From: Bigelowiella natans CCMP2755
Taxonomy: Eukaryota; Protista; Cercozoa
Assembly: GCA_000320545.1 (NCBI GenBank)
Contig: ADNK01001129.1
Span: forward strand, 86,237-150,236
DNA: 64,000 nt
Reading direction: 5' to 3'
In this document: piece after piece, positions 51,606 through 64,000 of the stretch
How positions within the stretch are numbered: position 1 is the stretch's first letter
Layout: each line of letters begins with the position of its first letter
Notes under the pieces: generated by a model
Told to the model about the DNA's origin: nothing
What the model saw: only the letters and a program-made list of their open reading frames with translations
The model's database searches: none
Translations under genes and position numbers: made by a program

Positions 51606-54340
51606 ATGAAACGGGCAAATAGAGGTGGATACTATCCTAGCAGCCAGAGCAGCGAAGGGCCTGATGCCAACTACAGCTCGTCAATGAGGTCTAATTTGGA
51701 CTTTCATTCGTAGTTAACATTGGTTGCATCAGCAATCCCCAACCCTACACAGCAAAGAAATGATGCGGGGTCCCCACAAGGGCGGTATCTGTAAATTATT
51801 CTATGGTATAACCAATTTCTAATCCTCATCCTTATTTGTCTTGCCTCTGCACACTCAGGCACCCCCTCCAGAAAGAGGTGAACGAACTTTCAGCCAGATC
51901 AGGGTTGCCGAAGCTGCAAGAACTTCCGGGTCTTTCCTCGCTAGGCGAGATCTTGAGCGATGAACGGGATACAATTCTGACGGGTCATCGTGCCGACAAA
52001 AAGATGGAGGAGCGACTTGACAATCTGATCCGCGAATTTTCACGAGCGCTAAGGAAGAATCGTAGAGACACTCGAACGCGCGCTGCAAGAGGATCCGCGT
52101 ACCTAGAGAAGGCGAAGATTATAAGCAAAGGAAAATTACTCTTTTTTGCTAAGACAGTGAGTGATTTCTCCATCGTCCTTCGGGACAGTAACATTGATAG
52201 TGAAACAAAAGGAATCGCAAAGTCCGACAAGAAGAGAGCTCGTTACAGTCAAATGATGACAGAAGCGCTCTACAACCGCGGTATTGCATACCAACACCTG
52301 GGGCAGATGGGCAAAGCTATTGCAGACTTCTCCAGAGTGCTAGATCTCGATTCCCAACATGCACACGCTGCGTTTGCCCGCGCTGCATGCCAGAACATCA
52401 TCGGCAAGTTTTCCCAGGCTATCGAAGACTACGAACTGGCGCTCAAGAACGACGGTCTAGCCTCCTCCTCACATAGTCATCAATACTCCAACCGTAATTC
52501 CCTTGGTCTCGCCCGTTTCACCACTCTCAACTCACCGCGGGCAGATCCAGCATGGAACTCTGTGGCCGAAAGCCCCAAGTCCCAGGCTGGACAAGATCAC
52601 GATATGAGTAGCATTAGCGATAGCATCTCCAACACCACCCAAGCGACATCAAAATCTATTTTACGTCGAATAGTGTCCCCCCACGACATAACAACGGGAA
52701 ATATATCGCTCAGCCCACGAAGGAGATATAAGGGGCACACACCATCCTCAATTGTAAAGAAGCTCTCGAACGACGTTTCGACTAGAAGCAACGAAAAGCA
52801 TAAGCATCGCCGGACCAAGTCATCACCTTTCAAATCATCTGTCAAAAATCACAACAGCACTCCCACAAAAATTAACAGCAGCAGCCACAATAACGATAGT
52901 TCAAAACCACTTTTGGCATCTAGCAACAACAGTAGAACAGCAGACGAATTATGTAAGAGTGGAGGGAAAAGGAGCAAGAAGGGTAAGTTAGCAGAAGCTC
53001 TTAAATTATACGAGGAGGCGATCCGCCTGGAACCGAAGCATTTCAAGGCTCATTTTAATCGAGGTTATGCTCTGTATAAACTAGGACGTTTTCAGGAAGC
53101 GACAGAGGCATATACAGTAGCTGTTCGTATCAACCCTTCGAGCTGCCTCACATTCTATAACCGCGGCATCTCACGTAACAAGGCCGGCGATATCGTAGGG
53201 GCCATCGCCGATTTCACACTAGCAATCCGTAGTAAACATCAGCTCCTCCGCCAGGTCAACCATAAGACTAAGCTTTCGGAGATAGAAATAATTGTGAGTT
53301 TTCATCACAATCGTGGAATTCTCTATACGAAGCTAAAAGAGTTCGCGCATGCCACGGATGACTACTCAATGGTGCTCGAGCTTAACCCAAAGCACGTACG
53401 AGCAATGATAAACAGAGCCAAGTGTATGTTTGAGCTTCGCCGCTTCCAAGATGCGCTGGTAGATTATAACGCGGCCCTGAAAGTTGCGGTCGACCCCTCC
53501 TACCGTATCAACGCTCTGATGGGGCGGGCGCAGGTACATCAGCAGCTGAGCGATCTCCCATCTGCTCTAAAGGATACGGACGAAGCAATGCGTCTTATTG
53601 GAAAGACGGCTGAAAAGCCAGCCCCTGCCAGCGCGACAAACCCGTATCGCAGAAGCAGGAAGAAAAAGGGGAGTGGCGAGAGAGAAGGTCGCACCACTGG
53701 TAGCAGTAGTAACGGGATTGTACGGCGTAGGATAGACAACCTCACCGATGCGATCGAGAAAGATCGTGGTAACTATGTTCTCTATTACCTCCGGGGCAAG
53801 GAGCACGCGCGAGCTCACGAGGACAACTCGGCCGTTAGTGACTTCACGACGGCGTTAGAGATAGCGGATGATAGCAAGACACACATTGGGATGGACCCTC
53901 AAGTGACACAAGTGCATATTCTACTGGCACGAGCAGCAGCATTGCAGAGGAGAGGCGACTTGGACAACGCCCTTAGCGATCTCTCGCTTATACTCCGGCA
54001 GGCACCAAGTCATCTCGAAGCACTCAACGCAAGAGCTTTTGTGCTAGTGTCGCAGGGTCTGTATCGGCTTGCAATCCAGGACTATAAGACGCTGTATCGA
54101 CTTAACCCTAAAGATACTGATGCGTTGTTCAATACCGCGGTTTGTCTGGAAAATCTTTCTGAGACTTCGCTCGCCGTGGAGATATACACCAAGGCTATTA
54201 ATCAGTCTCCAAGCTATGCTGCTGCGCATCTGAATCGTGGGTTGCTTCTAGAAAAACTAGGAAAGATAGCAAGGTCGAGAAAGGACCTTCGTAGGGCGGA
54301 AGAGCTCGGGGCTTTGATGACAAGAACGAAGAGAATATAA
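51606..54340 (+). CDS. Multi-TPR repeat protein (TTC6-like architecture), short first exon plus one ~2.5 kb exon
   Basis: An 834-codon open frame with repeated TPR motifs (ALYNRGIAYQHLG, AHFNRGYALYKLG, TFYNRG, AAHLNRGLLLEKLG). The upstream exon 51606-51688 splices in frame through a GT-AG intron ending at 51858. Confidence 0.85.
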
Positions 54341-55334
54341 CAATAATTGCGAAGATGTACGTCACATGAAGTTACTAAAAATTATTTGTAATAATTGCAA
54401 GGATACGATCACGACAAATTGCATTATCAACACATCTGCAGCATAGATCGAAGCGTGTATGTAGCAGCACGGCCGCTGGCATGGCTGATGCGGTTATATA
54501 TGGTGTTATGTGTACGCCATAGCGTATGCGTAGCTATGGCGAGACACACATACATCAATTGCATGCATGCCGGCCTGCGCTAGTCAACTAGATACGATGA
54601 TAAGTGTGAATGCGTGGCATGTTTTGTTGCATCGGATACTAATAGTGCAATAACGTTTGCGCGCCCCCATGCAGAGTAGCAACGCATTGCTGTTATAGAA
54701 TTTTGCACATCATGATGCGACAACGCATATACACACATCGATCTGCTAGCGGCACATGCTAGCATGTACATGTGTGATGCCGCCATATACGCATACGGCT
54801 ACGATTGTACGTATGTAGACAGACAGTGCTAGCGTGTACCTGCTGCATCTACACATGTGTGCAGCTCTAGACTAGTAGAGCTGCCATACACATGTGCGCT
54901 GCACTACAGCTGCATACACACAGTACATACATTTTTGTCTATCACACAGTTTCACACTGCACAGAGTGTGGCAGGTAGTGGTGGATGGAGCATGTACGTC
55001 GTCGTCGCGCTATGTACGCTACATGTAGCAGCTAACATAAACAGCAGCACGATCGATGGGTTAACTATGCTATATATGTATATGCTACTGCTACGTATAC
55101 ACACAGCATATCGGCGCCTTTATACCTTAATTACTAGCTTAGTTATTGATGAGACCAGCACACGTACTATAATAGACGTACCCATGCGATCATGCCATGG
55201 TCATGTACACTCGCCTTCGGTTTCTTCACAGGTATCATGCGACAAGATAGCTAGCTATATGCTACGAACGCCTTTTAACTAAATGGCGCGTGCTACCGGC
55301 GCTACTTAGATATCCGTATTTGTTTTTAAAAGTA

Positions 55335-55581
<247 letters not shown>

Positions 55582-55774
55582 ATTGTTTGTGTATGTCAGA
55601 ACATTATGCTGGCAACTTCGCTTTCACACACAAGAGCACATTACATGTATATCGACTATACTAGCAGAATTTCGTTTTTGAAGATCAATAAGTTATATCA
55701 AACTGCAACATTTTCTATCCGTTTTCGCATGATTTCAGCAGTAACTGCTCCCACGCACCAAAAGAATCTATCGC

Positions 55775-56699
55775 TTAGTGATCAACAACAGTTCCTCCAA
55801 ACTTGGTCTTGAACCATTCGATACTGTCCTTCTTTGTAATTTTGTGTTGCAGACCGATACGAGATCGGAATCTTTTTCTACGTGAAACACGGAACCCTGG
55901 GCGTTCAAGGACAATGAAGAAATCCATACCGAAAATTCCAATACTTGGGTCGTACTTGATGCCAAGGTCAATATGTTCCTGGATACCGAAGCCGAAGTTT
56001 CCAGTTTCGCTGAAGTTTTTGGTCTTCAGTTCGAATTCCTTAACGTTAAGCCCCTTCTCGAGGATTTTCTCAGCCTTCTTCCCACGGACAGTAACGTGGC
56101 AAGCGATCTTTTCATTACGACGAATGCTGAAGGTTCTCACGGTAAGGCGAGCTGAAAAAAGTGTATATGCATGTCAGTTAATAGCATATTAGGGTTAGCA
56201 ATTCAATTACTGGACGATGGAATTTTGGAGATAGTGAAAAACTTATTTGTTCTCCATCATTATATGTAACTATGGCTATCACTAATAACATTCATGATTA
56301 TGGTTTGTCATCAAATCGATCATGCGTGCTTAATGCTCTCGCTATATCACCTTTGGAAAATACAGGCTTCTGGCCGGAAAGTTCCTCGAGCACCCTTGTA
56401 GCGCGAGTAAGCTGGTCACCACTCTCGCCAACGCAGCAGTTGATAACCAACTTTGAGATTTTGATGGCTTTCATCGGTGATGCATTTTTCTTTGCGTCCT
56501 ACATGCAACATCGTAACTCTCAGATATCATTGCTCGAAAACCCACCGATAGCGTTAAGCTAAACGCTTTAAGTTGACTTCATCAATTCAGATATCTACGA
56601 ATATATATAATCGTCCCCACAAACTTTATCTGTCATCTATTCCCCGCCCCATGTCCACACAAAGCACAACACCCCACACAATCAGGTCCGCACCGCCAT
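55775..56699 (-). CDS. RPL11: 60S ribosomal protein uL5/L11, coding exons 56694-56699, 56351-56498 and 55775-56151
   Basis: MA|[33 protein letters not shown]...PVFSK|[24 protein letters not shown]...[32 protein letters not shown]. Confidence 0.97.
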
Positions 56700-57268
56700 G
56701 GTTCCACAGTTGAGACTAAATCGCCGGGCCGAAAAGTATTTATTAGATTATATTCTCCGAGCAGATGATAATAAGCAATAATGCCTTAAGATTTATATGA
56801 ACGAGGAGGAAAATAGGTTGTCGTAAAATATATTTAGAAATAATGAGTCAATTATTTCGCTGAATGTGGTCCGTGGATTGTCGTAAAACAAAAACAAATA
56901 GTATTTATGTATTTCTGTATTGGTAGGTTCCAGGAGTCTGACATTCGGCTAACTTATTAAAGCGGTCAATTGAAAGCTGAATATGAATCGCGCTTGCCAA
57001 ATAGGACATGTCTCGCATTAAAAATCCTCAGATTTCCATTTATTTACAAATATCCCTGACCACAACCCTTGAGGTCACCCACCCCCCACAGTAGATGTAC
57101 TTCAGAGGAGTCAGTTTCTACATAAATGATAATCTAAGCAGTGTTAAAAGTCTTTATCAACATTCTTTTTCTGACATCTTAACATGACTCTGTTTTAGTA
57201 GGCAGGGGAACGATCGGACCACTGGTCGATTCTGGACGGGAACCTCACGTCATCACAGCCCGGCCTCC
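56700..57268. promoter_or_regulatory. Short bidirectional promoter region between RPL11 and AP4M1
   Basis: Head-to-head ATGs about 570 bp apart, with TTGTCGTAAAA twice (56818 and 56878). Confidence 0.55.
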
Positions 57269-59423
57269 ATGATCTCTCAAATCTTTCTCCTTTCTCCTCG
57301 GGGCGACTCTATCCTCCACAGAGACTACAGAGGAGAGCTTGATCGCGCGACCTGTGAAGTATTTTTCAAGAATGTTAAGTTCTACCAGGGAAAGCACCAG
57401 GTATTCTATCGACAATATGAGGATGTGTGAGTATAATTTATTGAATGTGCTTTGTTTTCGTGCCAAATGACAGGAAGCCCCTCCGATCTTTAACATTGAT
57501 GGAGTCAACTACATGTACATGAAGAAAAACGGTACGAATGTGCGTGCTGGTGTGAGACGTAGACTAAGAATCCTTTCGGATGATGATTGCGACAAAATGA
57601 AAATATTGTTCGTGCTTGCCCTAAATCAAAACGCTGAATGCGAACACCCTTTCGCCGAATTGACGCAAAACGATGGGGGAAAAAAAATCGTCGCTAAAGT
57701 TATTGCGGGTCCTCCTCCTATTTCTAATACACTTACAGGAATCTTCTTCGTGCTCACCACCATCAAAAATATATCCCCATCACTTGCAATGGAGTTCTTG
57801 CTGCGCATCACCAAAGTTTTTAAAGATTACTGTGGAATCTTCTCGGAAGAATCCATTCGGTGAGTATGAAAATTTGTATCTAATTTATGATTTAATACTA
57901 AAGCCTTTCTTCTTCAACGACGATTTAGGTCCAACTTCCTGCTGCTTTATGAACTCTTGGATGAGATCATGGATAACGGTTGCATCCAGGGAACCTCTAG
58001 CGACACACTTAAGGTAAAAAGCTGAGAAGAAGAAGAAGATGATGATGATGAAGGAGGAAGTAGAGGAAGATATGTAAGGAGACTGTCATCATTCAATTTT
58101 ACGTGCCGTATGTCAATGTTGTTTTCGTAGCTATCCTAGCTAATCTCAGCGATAATTTCAAAGATGATTACCACCTTTACTACACCACTCAGTCGTACAT
58201 TTTCAACGAGCCAGTTGTTGTCGAGAAGAAAAAAATGAAGTTTCAGTTGCCAAAATTCAACCCGAAGACGACTTCGAGGTAAATGCTAGCTCATTCTCTC
58301 GATGCTGATGATGAAGAGTATGTTTGTGAGGACATGAAATCTATGCAACTTTCTAGTTAGATGTAAAATGTGCTATGTGTACGTGCGTGCATGTAAGTGT
58401 ATTGGTGTGTGTGTGTGTGTGTGTGTGTGTGTGGATGTGTATTCATGCTTCAATATAAATATGAACATAAACATATTTTTTAATTGAAACAGCGACGCTA
58501 CGAACAAGCCGATTTCGTTCAAGCACTCGAAGAATGGAGGGAGGGATGAAATATTCGTCGATATCTTCGAGAGAATTAGGTAGTAAAATGGCAATGTAGT
58601 AGTAGTAGCAGTGTAGTAGTAAAGGTGTCAGTAGTAGTAGCAATAGTAGTAGTATTAGTAGTAGTTGTTCACGCCATCTAACATGGGATTATCCTTTAAA
58701 TTCTATCATTTGCCCCGGCTTCTGACTCTTTTGTTTGCTCTACTATACCCGCTCTCCACTCACTACTGTGCCTTCTCTCTGATATCTGGCAGCATCACGT
58801 TCAATTCGAAAGGAAATCTGCTGCATTCAGCGATCGATGGCACGATTCAGATGAAGAGCTATCTCTCTGGGAATCCTGATTTAAAACTAGCTTTGAACGA
58901 AGAACTGACCATAGGAAAGGGGTCCAGTCGCGGATCCTTCGGTGTTGTGGAGATAGATGACTGCAACTTCCACGGTTGTTGTTTCAACAATTTCACAACA
59001 AACACGCATACATACAATAACACACGACAACAACAAGCGAGCAGAAGGGAAAGAAGGAGGGAGAGGGGGAGCGGAGTAGAGCGTACGTGTGTGTTATATT
59101 ATCTTACAAGCACCCCGCTGCTGATGCTGTTACATACGCTACGATTTGACAACTGCATGCTTTCATTCCAGAATGTGTGCGACTGGACGACTTTGAGTCT
59201 CAGAGGATTATCTCTTTCACACCGCCGGACGGTGAGTTTGTCGTGATGAACTACCGCATCACCGGGGATTTCCGTGTGCCCTTCAGGATTTTCCCTTTCT
59301 TCGAGCTCAGCAGCCCATACAAGGTAATTTTAATACGGTGTGAAGTTGGGACTTACGATGTTATGCATGCCCTCACCCGATGTCCCGTGTTGCGTGTATG
59401 CGTATGTGTGCATAGGTATGTGA

Positions 59424-59459
<36 letters not shown>

Positions 59460-59706
59460 AATCGAATATGAATTTCGATTGGCCTTCATTCTCCATCTCT
59501 CACCTGCTCGCTCACTACGACTTTCACCAGATCGAGCTGATCGTGAAGATTAGAGCAGATATTCCCGAGAACAACAGCGGGACCAACATAGTCGTGCAGT
59601 TTCCCGTTCCGAAGACGACGTCAAGCGTCAGCAGTACGACTGGGATTGGCGTGGTGCGAGAAAAGAGAATATACACTGAAACATGATGATGATGACCATG
59701 ATGATG

Positions 59707-59737
<31 letters not shown>

Positions 59738-60164
59738 GTATAGTGTGTGTACATATATGCATACATGTATATATTTTATAACTATGAAGAATTTCGTACA
59801 ATGGATATAAATTGCTGTGCTTAACCTCAACCTAATACCCAAACAAATAAAACCTCCACAGACTGGCCAGACCACGGAATACGATTCAAAGAAGAAGAAT
59901 GTGACCTGGAAGATCAAAAAGATGGGGGGGGGCACGGAACACACACTGCGGACCAAGATCGTATTGACAAAGGCGCACACGAGTAACGTGCGTAAGGAAA
60001 TCGGCCCTGTCAGCCTACAGTTTGAAATCCCCTTGTTCAATCCATCCAACCTCCAAGTCCGTTATCTTCGCATTATGCCGAATTCTTCTGGCCAAACAGC
60101 CAACAACCCCTATAGGTGGGTGCGCTACGTCACCAAGTCGCAGTCTTACGTGTGTAGATTGTGA
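57269..60164 (+). CDS. AP4M1: Adaptor protein complex AP-4 mu subunit, multi-exon
   Basis: MISQIFLLSPRGDSILHRDYRGE, NISPSLAMEFLLRITKVFKDYCGIFSEESIR, DEIFVDIFERI, IDGTIQMKSYLSGNPDLKLALNEEL, FTPPDGEFVVMNYRI, IGPVSLQFEIP, PYRWVRYVTKSQSYVCRL. These are AP-4-type rather than AP-1/AP-2-type motifs. Confidence 0.92.
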
Positions 60165-61008
60165 TGATGCCTTTCATTGGATGGCGCTGGAAGAGCGGCG
60201 GGATACGAGAGATGGCAGTGACGATGGCCGTATGGTGTTCCCCTGGACGTGGAGACAAAGAAAAAGATAATTTCATGTCGCACATGACATGCTGGCATAG
60301 GCCGCTATGGTTTTGGTAGCAAGATATTTTGGGTAATGTAGGGATATAATCCGAGATAGCATACTGTGTGCGTGAATCATATCATAGCAAGTAACTTTCA
60401 CATGCTCACCTGCTTAGCTATATCTAGATATATATATATATATATATATATATTCGCCTAGCGCGTTACCGATTTATATATTCACAGTGAAACGACTATC
60501 GATGCGCGCGATATCCTACGCTAGCTAGTTCGATGTGCGACCAGCCACACACACACCAGCATACACATCTAGCATAGACATGTAGACATATCTGATGTGT
60601 GCTGTTTCTCTAGCTATCTCCCTCTCTCTCTCACTCCCTCTTTCCGCTCTCTATCTTGGCCGCTAATGACAGCGTGTGTGTGCTAGCTGTGTATGTGTGG
60701 CTCGGTGCTACGACTGCCATGCTAGCATGCTAGCATGTGTGCAGCAGCCAAGCTAGCAAGATCGACCTAACGCCAACGTGAGCTGGTTAATTTTGTACGT
60801 TTGACTAGGCTGCATGCATGGTGTGTCATGCATATCTAGATATGACTAATGAACTTGCGCGCCCACACGTAACTATCGCATACCATTGTATATGTAGGCG
60901 GGCATGCGATGCGCTGTCATGTGTGTATGTTTCATGAAAACCGAGATGCCTGTACATGCGATAAACTTCACTGCTAGTTTGACAATCATTGCCAAATGAA
61001 TAAAAATA

Positions 61009-61532
61009 CTATTTGCCAATGGTCTCGAAGAGCATCTTGATGTACGAATCCACGTCCATTACAACTACAACGTCTTTGTGCCCCGTCTCTTCCTCCACAA
61101 TCTTCGGCACGGGAAAGCGCTTCGCCACCCGTTCGAAAGCCGTCTCTCTGAATGCATGAAGAAGACATCGGAATATCAATGTTTCGAGAATCAAAGGCTA
61201 TTGCAGAGTCTTCGCTAAATGCAGAGGAGCAATATTCGGACTGCCCGAGGAATTTGTTCCTCTGCGCGGCCACGAAATGAAAATCGTGAGTGCGTTCTTC
61301 GTGAAATACCGCACCTATGTCGCTTGAGATTATACAGCTGGGCATCGCGCCAGGCCTCTTCATCTTTGCGCTGTTCTTTGCTTAATCGTCCTTCAAACTC
61401 GATAGGCACGTGCCAGGTGTCCATCAAGTCCATCCTAACATAAATCCACCAAAGCACCAACTCTCACAAAACAACCACGATCACGAGAAACGACGGGCGA
61501 GAGGAAGAGAGGGAAGAGAGAGGGAAGAGAGA

Positions 61533-61575
<43 letters not shown>

Positions 61576-62146
61576 CTCGGAACGTTGAGACTTCGAAGTG
61601 ATGCACTGCATTTCTTTCCACGTGTTAGACACAGTATGCACGCACCGTAGCTCGCTGTAGATGCGCGTCATAAGCTCGTATTTTTGAGATCGCCATGCTG
61701 ACCATAATAGTATCACCAACCAACACTTCTCTTCAGAGTGGAGAAAGAACAGAACAAAAGAGCGGATAATGACGCAAAAGCTGCACGACGGCATGGCTTC
61801 ATCACAGGCGAATGCCCGCAGCGCTGCAGCTCTCCTCTACCTACAATGCCTGCACACCCGCACAAACAGATCATTGGAGCTCCTCCTCCTCCTCCTCCTC
61901 CTCCTCCTCCTACTACTACTACAGTACCTCTTGGTGCGTGGGAGAAGCACGACTTGACCAACTTCAGTGCAAATCGAGACACATACGGTTCAGATACGTT
62001 GACGAATCGCTCAAGCAGCTCGAGACTCTAGGGGTGGCAAAGAGCAAGAGGAGGAAGGGGGAAGAAAGATTCAGGCCTTCAGTCCGCATCATACTCAAAA
62101 TCGATCTCTTTCTCGTTCTTTCCATACAGTAGTGGCCTTTCTTCTT

Positions 62147-62177
<31 letters not shown>

Positions 62178-63948
62178 TTGTACCACTACGTCTACTCCTG
62201 CTACTACTACTCTGATAATACCTTAAGCTTGACTAATGTCCGCGCATGCAGGGGCGAGCGTTTCGTCAGCTGATATTCATTATCACAACCACTGAACATC
62301 GCTACTTCTGATAATGATAACTCTCATGACAATAGCACCACCGCCTCTAATGATGTTTTATGATGATGATATATACATGAGAAGGCAGTGAGAATCTTTC
62401 TACTGGGACTTCATAATACCACCCCCACCCCCACCACCTTTTGCAAGAGACGTAAAACCACCAGCGAGATAGCAACACCCCGAGGCCACACATCGCCCTT
62501 ACTCCTATCTTTTTCTTCTTCTTCTTCTTCTTTCCACATCGCAGAGCACTGCCCAGCCGTGACCCAGCCCCCTAACACCTGCGGAAGAAGAAGAAGAAGA
62601 AGAAGAAGAAGAAGAAGAAGAAGAAGCAGCACAAAGAATCAACAATCAGCAGAAGAACATGCTGACGAGGTGGAGAGAGCAATTGATGATGATGATGATG
62701 ATAATGATGATGATGATGATAATGATGATGATGATAATGATGATAACAATGATCGATAATAACCTTTTTGAACAAGGAGGGTGCTGAGAGGGGAAGACAT
62801 TCCTGTGACAGTGCTTCTGGTGGCGACAATGACGTTGATGGCGACGATGGTGACGATGGTGACATCTGATTCGAGGAGGAGAAGGAGAGGAGGAGGAGGA
62901 GGAGGCGAAGTACGTTTGCGTAGAAAAGGAGACGGGGGACATTGCCAACGAATCTGGACGATGCCGTGAATTGAGCAATCTGACAAAAAGAAAGGTGCCA
63001 ATGGTTATTAGCATTATAATCTTCTCAACCCATACACGACACCGTCATCAGCATCCCCATCACCATCATTATCATCACAATCATCATCATCATCATCCTC
63101 ATCATCATCATGGCCCCGTCGTCCCCATTCTCACCATTATAATCATGACAAAAACGAACCCTCCCCCCCCCCACACACACACACACAAGCGCGTACAAAC
63201 AAACACCTGAGAAGAATGAGGACTACGTTGCGCTTCTGAATCATCGCCTGCGCGAGAAAAATAGCAGCGGCAATGAAGAGAATGAGAGAAAACCAGAAAT
63301 CAGGTCGGGGTGCTACTAAATCGCAAATAATCATCATTCCTTCCACATATTAATGAACTAGACAACCAACAAACTCCCACTCATTGTTAATATACGAATG
63401 TACCAATACGTGCGCTGCGGCGTCTCTCTCCCCTCCCCTGCGAAGCAGCGTTATGAGGGTAAGAAGAGTCCTGGTAGCCTGATGAGGAGCAGTACGGTGT
63501 GTGTCAATGATGATACTGCTGATTCATTCTTTTGTTTGAAACTCTTAGTCCACTGACTGCCTGATGCAAGATCAGCTCGAAGGCATGCATATCCCTCGCC
63601 ATCTCAAAGAGCGGGAACACAGCGAATAAATAACGACGAATTCTCGACGTTGCTTAGTATTTATTGGAAACAGAAACGATAATAACTACAGAGCAGCAAC
63701 CGTTCATTACTACCGCATGCGTGACGATGATGCTATGGCGCAGGGCCTCAACCCGTCCCCACTTGCCGTCGTCGTCTTGCGGAGGAAATGGTGATGACGA
63801 CGATGATGATGGCGATGATGAAGACGACGAAAACGGGGAAAACACACTTTCACCCATCGACGTCTCGGCTTTTATAGAGAGTGCTCCGAGATACGTCTAA
63901 ATGGAAGTAGAAGAGTAGTGTCAGAGAAAGAGAAAGGCAAAGACAAAG

Positions 63949-63995
<47 letters not shown>

Positions 63996-64000
63996 GGGGG
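61009..64000 (-). CDS. STRIP/FAM40/Far11 homolog (DUF3402 C-terminal region), 5' part beyond the right edge
   Basis: Spliced exons give VEALRHSIIVTH, RTLLTLITLLR, NVVLILLR, WPRGVAISLVVLRLLQK|LTKRSPLHARTLVKLK|SLELLERFVNVSEPYVSRFALKLVKSCFSHAPR|AWRSQKYELMTRIYSELR and AQLYNLKRH. These align by eye to recalled STRIP1 motifs (RHKEVIVKA, NLLRILNKLTKWKHSR, SAPILKRALKV, KLLKVQTKYLGRQWRKSNMKTMSAIYQKVR). Confidence 0.75.

Noticed and set aside
56173-56270. Possible C/D snoRNA in RPL11 intron 2
   Set aside because: Box C is imperfect (ATGATGG), the CTGAC is most likely the branch point, and I recognise no guide sequence.
56520-56585. Possible C/D snoRNA in RPL11 intron 1 (- strand TTGATGA...CTGA, containing CGCTATCGGT complementary to a recalled LSU rRNA segment)
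   Set aside because: The complementary stretch is not adjacent to a D/D' box, the CTGA sits at branch-point distance from the acceptor, and it is buried in a GATATC/TCGTA fold-back. An intronic hairpin explains it better. An Infernal/snoscan run would settle it.
57574-57645. ATGATGA...CTGA in an AP4M1 intron
   Set aside because: ATGATGA is ubiquitous here because of (GAT)n repeats, and only a 7-nt rRNA complementarity is present.

Overview
Gene-dense, intron-rich eukaryotic (protist-type) nuclear DNA using the standard genetic code, with abundant (CA/TG, TA, GA, GAT, GTA, GAA) microsatellites in introns. The style suggests a chlorarachniophyte/rhizarian-like alga, but that is an unverified inference. 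I reconstructed ten spliced genes by hand: SRP72 (-, runs off the left edge), a kinesin-1-like motor with an unexpected bacterial-type SH3 module (+), an SLC37-family sugar-phosphate MFS transporter (-), a ~25 kb giant multidomain HECT E3 ligase (+), an SLC12 cation-chloride cotransporter (+), RPL36 (-), a TPR protein (+), RPL11 (-), AP-4 mu subunit (+) and a STRIP/Far11 homolog (-, runs off the right edge). Most short ORFs in the supplied track are shadows of microsatellites or antisense frames. The most unusual signal is non-genic. Some kb-scale domains downstream of gene 3' ends (43.0-44.5 kb, 10.85-12.2 kb, partly 48.9-49.6 kb) have lost nearly all TpA dinucleotides except those in CTAG, while equivalent 3' regions elsewhere keep them. 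This looks like a localized, context-dependent TA->CA/TG hypermutation, the mirror image of fungal RIP. Other observations are fold-back structure in the longer introns, a recurrent promoter motif TTGTCG[CT]A, and GC-AG introns. All exon boundaries and counts are manual and approximate.
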